Positions 57,706 to 64,000 of a stretch of DNA of 64,000 nucleotides are shown in pieces; position 1 is the first letter of the stretch; every line of letters starts with the position of its first letter. Source of the stretch: Sporopachydermia quercuum (Eukaryota); contig BCGN01000002.1 of assembly GCA_001599295.1 (NCBI GenBank), positions 1,116,001-1,180,000 on the forward strand, written 5' to 3'. The notes beneath the pieces were generated by a model. It did no database searches and was not told where the DNA came from. It was given only the letters and a program-made list of their open reading frames with translations. A program made the translations under genes and the position numbers.

Positions 57706-60700
57706 ATGCATGTATTGGTATGTAACTTGAGAAGAAACTTGAAGTTTGAGCAGTCATGGTTGTTTATATCCTTAAGACAGCTGAGAGAGTTGCGTTAGAA
57801 GAAGAATACAATCAAAGAATGGTTGGACTAACAATGGACAATCGCAGGTTACCAATGATGATGGTCCCCCAAATGATTTGACCTCACCTTATATCAGATA
57901 CTTCGTTGAAGCTTTGCATAAATATACGGACTGGGAGATTTCTGTGGTACTACCAAATACTCAAAGGTAAGTTATTGAAAATGATGCTTAGCTGGATAGA
58001 AGAGAGTGACCTCAAATTATCCTGGTGGTAATTTTTGTTGTAGGACACAATGTTTTTCTCTGAGTGTAGCTGTTGGTACTAACACTTAATTATAATGACA
58101 GATCATGGATTGGCAAAGCTCACTTTGCAGGAAAGAATTTAACAGCATCATTTATAAAGCCATCATATAATAATAACACGTTTGAAGGACCAACAGCACT
58201 TCCTCAAGATGACGGATCAGAAGAATGGGTTCTTTTAGATGGTACACCTGCTTCCTGTACAGATATTGGAATCCATCATATTGGTAAACAAAAAAGCCCA
58301 ATTGATTTGGTTATATCAGGTCCAAATTATGGTAGAAACTGTACTGCAGTTTATATCATGGCCAGTGGTACAGTTGGTGCTGCAATGGAAGGCGCATTAG
58401 CAGGTGTGAAATCAATTGGTCTGTCATATGCATTTGAATCCCGTGATCATGATCCAGTAATAATCACTCAAGCTTCTAAAAATGCAGTTCGTATCATTGA
58501 TCACTTGTATAAAAATTGGTCAAATGATAAATCAGTTGATCTTTACACTATCAACATTCCATTAGTGAAGTCGTTGAACGATAATACGGAAATATATTTT
58601 TGTCCTATTTTACAGAATCGATGGGGCAGCGTTTTCGAACAAAGAGAACCTGAACCCGAAGCTAGCACTGAAGATATAATAGATGGAAGTGAACTTCAAA
58701 AGATTCAATACCATTGGAAGCCAGATTTCACAGCAGTACATAAATCTGTTGTTGCAAGTGAAAATGATGGCATCAATGATGGATTGATAGTTCATAAAGG
58801 CATGATTAGGTATGTTGAGATCTGAGTTTCAGAATGGGTATAGTTTTTTTGAGCTCTTTTGAGTTTTAGTTGGTCCCCTGGGGTTTTAGAGATTTTTATT
58901 AACATATATTTTTCTTCTAGCGTTACACCATTAAGAGCTACTTTCAAAGATGTGCCAGTTTCTGGGAGATTAGTTTTGTAAGTAGCATATTATATATTTT
59001 ACAGCATGCAAATTTGAATTGATTTATTGGTATGGAGTGAGATCAATTTCATGAGATAATTTTTTTCGTAAGAAGTAATTTTAGCAACTTGACGGTTATT
59101 GCATACCTATCATGACAAGAATTTCTCCTCCCGGATGATTTTTATTTTGAAAGTATTGGCCTTGTTGTCAAACTTTCATCAACAAGCTTCCTCGCGCATA
59201 CATACTTCAAATAAAACTTCCAATACAATCTTTGAATTATTTCTACGTTCAAATTTAGGAGGATTTGTTGTAACTGTACATTCAACATGCATGGGAAGTC
59301 TAGTCATTATTAATAAGTTACTAACATTGGTTACTTCACTTTTTGTTCTAAGGGAGAATAAATTCAGCAATCAAGAAAACGTTGAAAAGCAAGCATTAAT
59401 TACTATTTCTAACTCAAACTACATCTATCTTCCTATAAAGGAAGCTTTGGATAAATATTTGCCAGAAGTTCAAATTATATCTTCGAAAGATCAAGTCAGC
59501 GATAACGTGAAAAAGCTCTTTCAATATGGTGAATACGAGGATTTAGACTTTGACCAAATCATGGAAAACAAAGATTACTTGTCTTGTGCATATATCTATC
59601 GGTATGTGAACTGTTTGGAGAATAATATTGATGACATAGCATCATTTGCGCTGTAGTTCTAACTTTGGATGGATGCTTTTGTTCTTTTTATGGTAGGGTG
59701 AACCTTTTTATCTTTGAACTAACAAAATACTCTCATGTTTATAGAAAAGCATTGATCAGAAAGCATTATCTAGCTAGAACAATTCTAACATACATTGCTA
59801 AGAATCCCAATTCTATCCTGAAGAAAGCTTTTCCTGAGACTTTTAACATTGAAGTTGACTATGCAAGATTTTTAGATGATGCATTGGATGAGGCATATGA
59901 ATTAAGAGAAGAAATTGAAGAAGGAAAAAACGTTTGGATTTTGAAACCTAGTATGAGCGATAAAGGACAAGGTATTCGTATTTTTAGAACAATTGAGGAA
60001 CTAGAAGATATATTTGATGAATTTGAAGAAGAAGAAGAAGAAGAAGAAGAAAAAGAAGAAAAAGAAGAAAGGGAGGAAAATGATGAGTCAACAGAAAATG
60101 GTGCTGCTAATTCAGATATCGAAAGTAAACTACGAAAGCAATCACATGGCTCTTTCTTTGATAATGGTGTTATAGTCTCTCAATTGAGAGATTTTGTCGT
60201 CCAGAAGTATATTCATAATCCTCTACTTCTAAATGAATATGATAACCGCAAATTTCATATCCGAACATACATTCTAAGTGTCGGTGCTTTACAAGTTTAT
60301 ACCTACAAACAAATGTTAGCATTATTTGCTTCAACACCTTATCCAAGCTCTTTAGATTCAAACATTTTGGACAGTGATTTAAATAGTCATCTAACTAATA
60401 CTTGTCTTCAATCTGATCCCAATGAGGCGACAGTGGTGGAAGTCAGTGAATTGAAAGGTTTGGAACCTGAACAGAAATCAAGGATCTTCAATCAAATTGA
60501 TGAGATTGTTAAGGATTTGTTTTCAGCTGCTGTTAATAACGATAGAATTAACTTTCAGCCGTTACCGAACGCTTATGAAGTTTTTGGAGTTGATTTCTTA
60601 GTTGACTCTGATTTGAATGTTAGTTTACTAGAAGTTAACGCATATCCCGATTTTAAGCAAACTGGTGATGAATTGAAAGATGTGATTTATGGTTTATTTG

Positions 60701-60810
60701 ATGCAGTAGTACAACAAGCAGTTGTACCCTTCTTTAAATCGTCAGAATCCAAATCAATTTCAAAATTCTTTTCTCCTGTATTAAAGCTTGACGTCAATGG
60801 CTCATGGTGA
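57706..60810 (+). CDS. PBY1: SurE-family nucleotidase / tubulin-tyrosine-ligase-like fusion protein Pby1; exons 57706-57717, 57848-57966, 58102-58809, 58921-58977, 59353-59601, 59745-60810
   Basis: SurE: MHVLVTNDDGPP, RSWIGKAH, DGTPASC, ISGPNYGRN, SGTVGAA, SVTPL. TTL: QYGEYEDLDF, YIYRKALIRKHYL, WILKPSMSDKGQGI, RKFHIR, HLTNTCLQ, LLEVNAYPDF. Confidence 0.9.
60025..60051 (+). repeat. (GAA)9 coding microsatellite (poly-Glu) in the PBY1 TTL domain
   Basis: Nine tandem GAA units followed by a degenerate continuation. Confidence 0.9.
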
Positions 60811-61260
60811 AACAAAAGTTAATCAAAATGGATCTATATATAACATTTATAAGCATCTTCGCTTTGAACATCATATAAATGCATATGGCTGATGTATCAA
60901 AGGGTTTGTTTATTAAGACTCCGCTATATGAATCTAAGAGTAGTTTATACGCCTGCAAACTACAACATGATAGGGCACAGCAAGTTAACGAAGTAAATAG
61001 CATACAAACACGAGATAACAAAGAATATACAGATTGTGATTAACGATACCAATCAAATAATCACCAAAGCTAAAACAATCACAACCCATGCACACTTCGC
61101 ACTTCAATTATTCACTGAGTCATCAAAATAATACACTTTCATATTTGCTTCATCATTCTCTCAGAGCATTTACCTACATTTCTAAACCCTAAACTTCTAA
61201 TTAAACAATAATAACAAAAATTAAAGACCCGCTGTTAAACTTATCACCTAGAAAAATACA

Positions 61261-62567
61261 TTATTTTTTATCTTCTGTATTGTTCTGAGCTTCATCAACA
61301 ATGATCCTCTTTCCAGATGCAGCCCCAACATTCTCATCAACATCACCTGCCATTTCTTTACTCCATCTATAGATAAGATTCTTAAGACGTTCTGCTCTAA
61401 CTAACCCTAGTCTTACTGTGCGCATGCAACGAATAAACTTTTCATTGCGCTGAAGAGCAATCTGAGTTAATTGTCTAGTCTCTTCTGCATTTTCTGGAGT
61501 TATTCCAAAATTAACATCAAAAGGAATTCTTGGTAAAGCAAAAAATGAGCTTTCTTCATCTAATTCTTCTTGAGCAGCTTGAACTTGAGCAGCTTGTTTT
61601 CTTGTTATCCTTTTGTTTGCAATTTNTTCTGGCTCAGGTGACGATTCTTTAGTTTCATTAGTTTCTGAAGTCTCGGCAGCAGTTCCATCTTGATTTTCAT
61701 CTTTCACATCACCAACTGATACAGAACTAGTTGCAACAGATTTGCTATTGTTGTTGTTATTACTATCTTCACTCTTGCTATCATTAGTTTTATCATCTGT
61801 GAAACCAAAAGTCGATATAGAAGAATTCTGAGAGTAAGGAGAAGCACTTTTCAAACTTCCAATAACTTCTTCTAGCAGCCCTTTCGTTTTATTCAACGAT
61901 AAATTCTCGTCATAATCAGGAAGGTTTAATTTTTCAGGTAACAAAAAGGAAGGGTCATCACCCAAGAAAACTTGCATCAAATTAGAGAACTGTACAACAT
62001 TCTTCTGTTCTTCACTAATGACATCTAAGGCTCTAGCCGCTAGAGTTCGAAGGGTTCCACCAGTGAAAGTGCGAGATATTGCTTTATGACTAACTATTTC
62101 AGCAGGATCCGTTATTGGTGCAAGCAATTCCTCAAGTTTGATGTTAGCAAGAATATCCCCTTCATCAATTCCATTTTCCTGATTATCGGTATCATTCGTA
62201 GATTCTTCATCATCTGCATTCCTTATTTTTCTTTTCTTATATAATATTGGTCTTTTGAACCCTTTATATGAAGCATAACCATATCTAGAGGTCGACANAG
62301 TAGTACTACCCATTCTTCCTTCATGGATTTGAGATGCCCCTCTTTTTAACTTAAGACCCCTGTTGGGAACACCTTCTTCAATTGATGAAGCATCAGAATC
62401 AACATCTTCTTCTTCATCTCCTCGCTTCACCGCTTCCTTGAATTTTCTAAAAAAGAAACAAATAAAAAGTTAGCATCAATAAATTCCCACTATACTAACT
62501 AAAATCAAACCACAATCAAATATCAATTAACATACGCTATACTAGCAAGGCTCTTCTGATCAATCAT
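61261..62567 (-). CDS. RXT2: Rpd3L histone deacetylase complex subunit Rxt2-like; exons 62567-62536, 62446-61261
   Basis: KFKEAVKR, NRGLKLKRGA, IKLEELLAPITDPAEIVSHKAISRTF, AEETRQLTQIALQRNEKFIR. Convergent with PBY1, as in S. cerevisiae. Confidence 0.8.
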
Positions 62568-62901
62568 GGTATATCACTGTTATTAGTTCGAGGTGATACT
62601 TGCAGACTTGCATTCAACGAAACAATTTCAACATAAAACCAGCTAGTCAAATTAACTAAAACAAAATCCCTTGAGTCGGTCTCATTCATTCCCGTCTCAT
62701 GAAGTTAGCACTATTTCGTGATAATGTAGGAACACCTAATTAGCAGGTCGAGAAAAACTGGTTATGAAGAGATAGAAATTTAATCACCCACAATTACATT
62801 AGGGAGGATGAGAGTCCCATATGGGGGGGTATCTTTTGATGAAGATGAGATCACATGTCAGAGAAGTTTGATAATAAACGATTATATAACCATTTAAAAT
62901 G

Positions 62902-62988
62902 TTACCCGGAAGCCACGAATTGGTTTCCCAAGAACTCAAACACGAAATGAAATCAGTCGCCAAATCATTTTTGTTATACGTACCGCGT
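62902..62988. promoter_or_regulatory. Reb1 site (62902-62909), SCB CACGAAA (62941-62947) and MCB-like CCGCGT (62983-62988) in the RXT2/POL30 promoter
   Basis: Consensus matches upstream of PCNA, a classic G1/S gene. Confidence 0.5.
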
Positions 62989-63175
62989 CTTAGTAGTCTA
63001 TTGTTCTTTATTCGTTTTCTGTCACTTGTTATTCTTTTACTTCTTTACGATTGTTTTGCTTTCAATACGTCAAAGATATTTGTCTTTAGTTTTATTTAGA
63101 GAACGAGATATTTTGAAGAACACATTCATTTTGTATTAGTTTTCTAATTCCCAATCTATATATAAAAATCGCAAG

Positions 63176-64000
63176 ATGTTGGAGGGAAAATTCGATGAAG
63201 CTTCTTTATTGAAGAAGGTACGTAATTTATGATTTTTGGAGCAATCAATGACATCGATGAATCCAATACTAACAGTGATTTAATTAGATTGTTGATGCTA
63301 TCAAGGATTCAGTCCAATTATGCAATTTCAACTGCACAGAAGAAGGAATCGCTGTTCAGGCAGTTGATGATTCCCGAGTTTTATTGGTGTCTCTGTTGAT
63401 CGGAGCTGATGCTTTCACTGAATACAGGTGTGACAGAAGCATAACTCTCGGTGTTGACTTGAATCCATTTTCAAAAGTTATCAAATGTGGTGACAATGAT
63501 GATTTCTTGACTTTAATCGCTGAAGATAACCCAGATTCCATTAGATGTGTTTTTGAAGATAAGAAGAAGGATAGAATTTCAGAATACTCCTTGAAGTTAA
63601 TGGACATTGACTCTGATTTCTTGAAAATCGATGATATGGATTATAGCGCTACGATTACTATGCCTTCAAGTGATTTTGCCAGAATTTGCCGTGATTTAAA
63701 AACTCTTAGTGAATCATTAACCGTAGACGTTACTAAAGAAACTGTCAAATTCTCCACTGAAGGTGAACTGGGAACTGGTAATGTTGTCATCAAACCATTT
63801 ACGGATTTAGATAATGCTGATAACTCTGTAAGAATTCAGTTATCTGATCCCGTTAATTTGTCTTTTGGCCTCAAATACTTGAATGATATCATCAAAGCCA
63901 CCAACTTATCATCTACAGTTACTATCAAGCTCATCAATGAAGCACCAGCATTGTTCGAATACAAAATTCCTGGAGGTCATCTAAGATTTTTCTTAGCCCC
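63176..64000 (+). CDS. POL30: PCNA sliding clamp, 3'-partial; exons 63176-63217, 63288->64000 (absent from ORF track)
   Basis: MLEGKFDEASLLKK|IVDAIKDSVQLCNF, QAVDDSRVLLVSL, YRCDR, SEYSLKLMDIDSDFL, LRFFLAP; intron GTACGT..TACTAAC..TAG. Confidence 0.97.

Noticed and set aside
59099..59352. 5' part of ORF 59099-59656 as the start of an independent TTL gene
   Set aside because: It begins at TTG inside PBY1 intron 4, runs through the branch site, and has no recognisable motif before the 59352 acceptor. In-frame ATGs exist, so a TTL-only transcript is not excluded.
107..62298. Scattered single 'n' bases as frameshifts or pseudogenisation
   Set aside because: Reading frames stay open across them; most likely ambiguous or heterozygous base calls.
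1..64000. Transposons, LTRs, rRNA, intact tRNA, CRISPR arrays, C/D snoRNAs
   Set aside because: No RT, integrase or transposase motifs, terminal repeats, cloverleaf or repeat-spacer array seen. Isolated TGATGA and CTGA boxes lacked proper spacing or recognisable guides. An Rfam scan would be needed to exclude small ncRNAs.

Overview
This is an AT-rich, gene-dense nuclear chromosome segment from an intron-rich budding yeast (Saccharomycotina-like). It uses the standard code: CUG encodes conserved Leu residues. I can support 30 protein-coding genes, mostly housekeeping: SWC3 (partial), SMC5, MSE1, L2HGDH-like, KIN28, MRF1, CRC1, CBF1, NTA1, ACT1, fumarate reductase-cytochrome b5, RAD54, YRB30, BLOC1S2-like, MSS1, IND1, an orphan GPI-like protein, HAA1/CUP2-like, TAH18, MGE1, MSF1, MRPL16, RFC5, TIM12, COX9, RPL33, CYB2-like, PBY1, RXT2 and POL30 (partial). 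I reconstructed 39 spliceosomal introns by hand in 17 of these genes, and several genes are missing or broken in the ORF track. I found no mobile element, rRNA, intact tRNA or CRISPR array. The most interesting signals are at the RNA level. (1) PBY1 has a long, highly structured intron exactly at the SurE/TTL domain boundary, with a stop codon overlapping the donor followed by a TATATA element; this is a candidate switch between a SurE-only protein and a SurE-TTL fusion. (2) All three introns longer than 350 nt show end-to-end fold-back pairing. (3) COX9 and ACT1 contain 6-nt and 14-nt microexons. (4) Seven mitochondrial biogenesis genes carry C-N-UGUAHAUA Puf3 elements in their 3' regions. 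(5) The CBF1 promoter holds a cluster of Cbf1 sites. Gene names come from recalled motifs, not database searches, and splice models are sequence-derived predictions.
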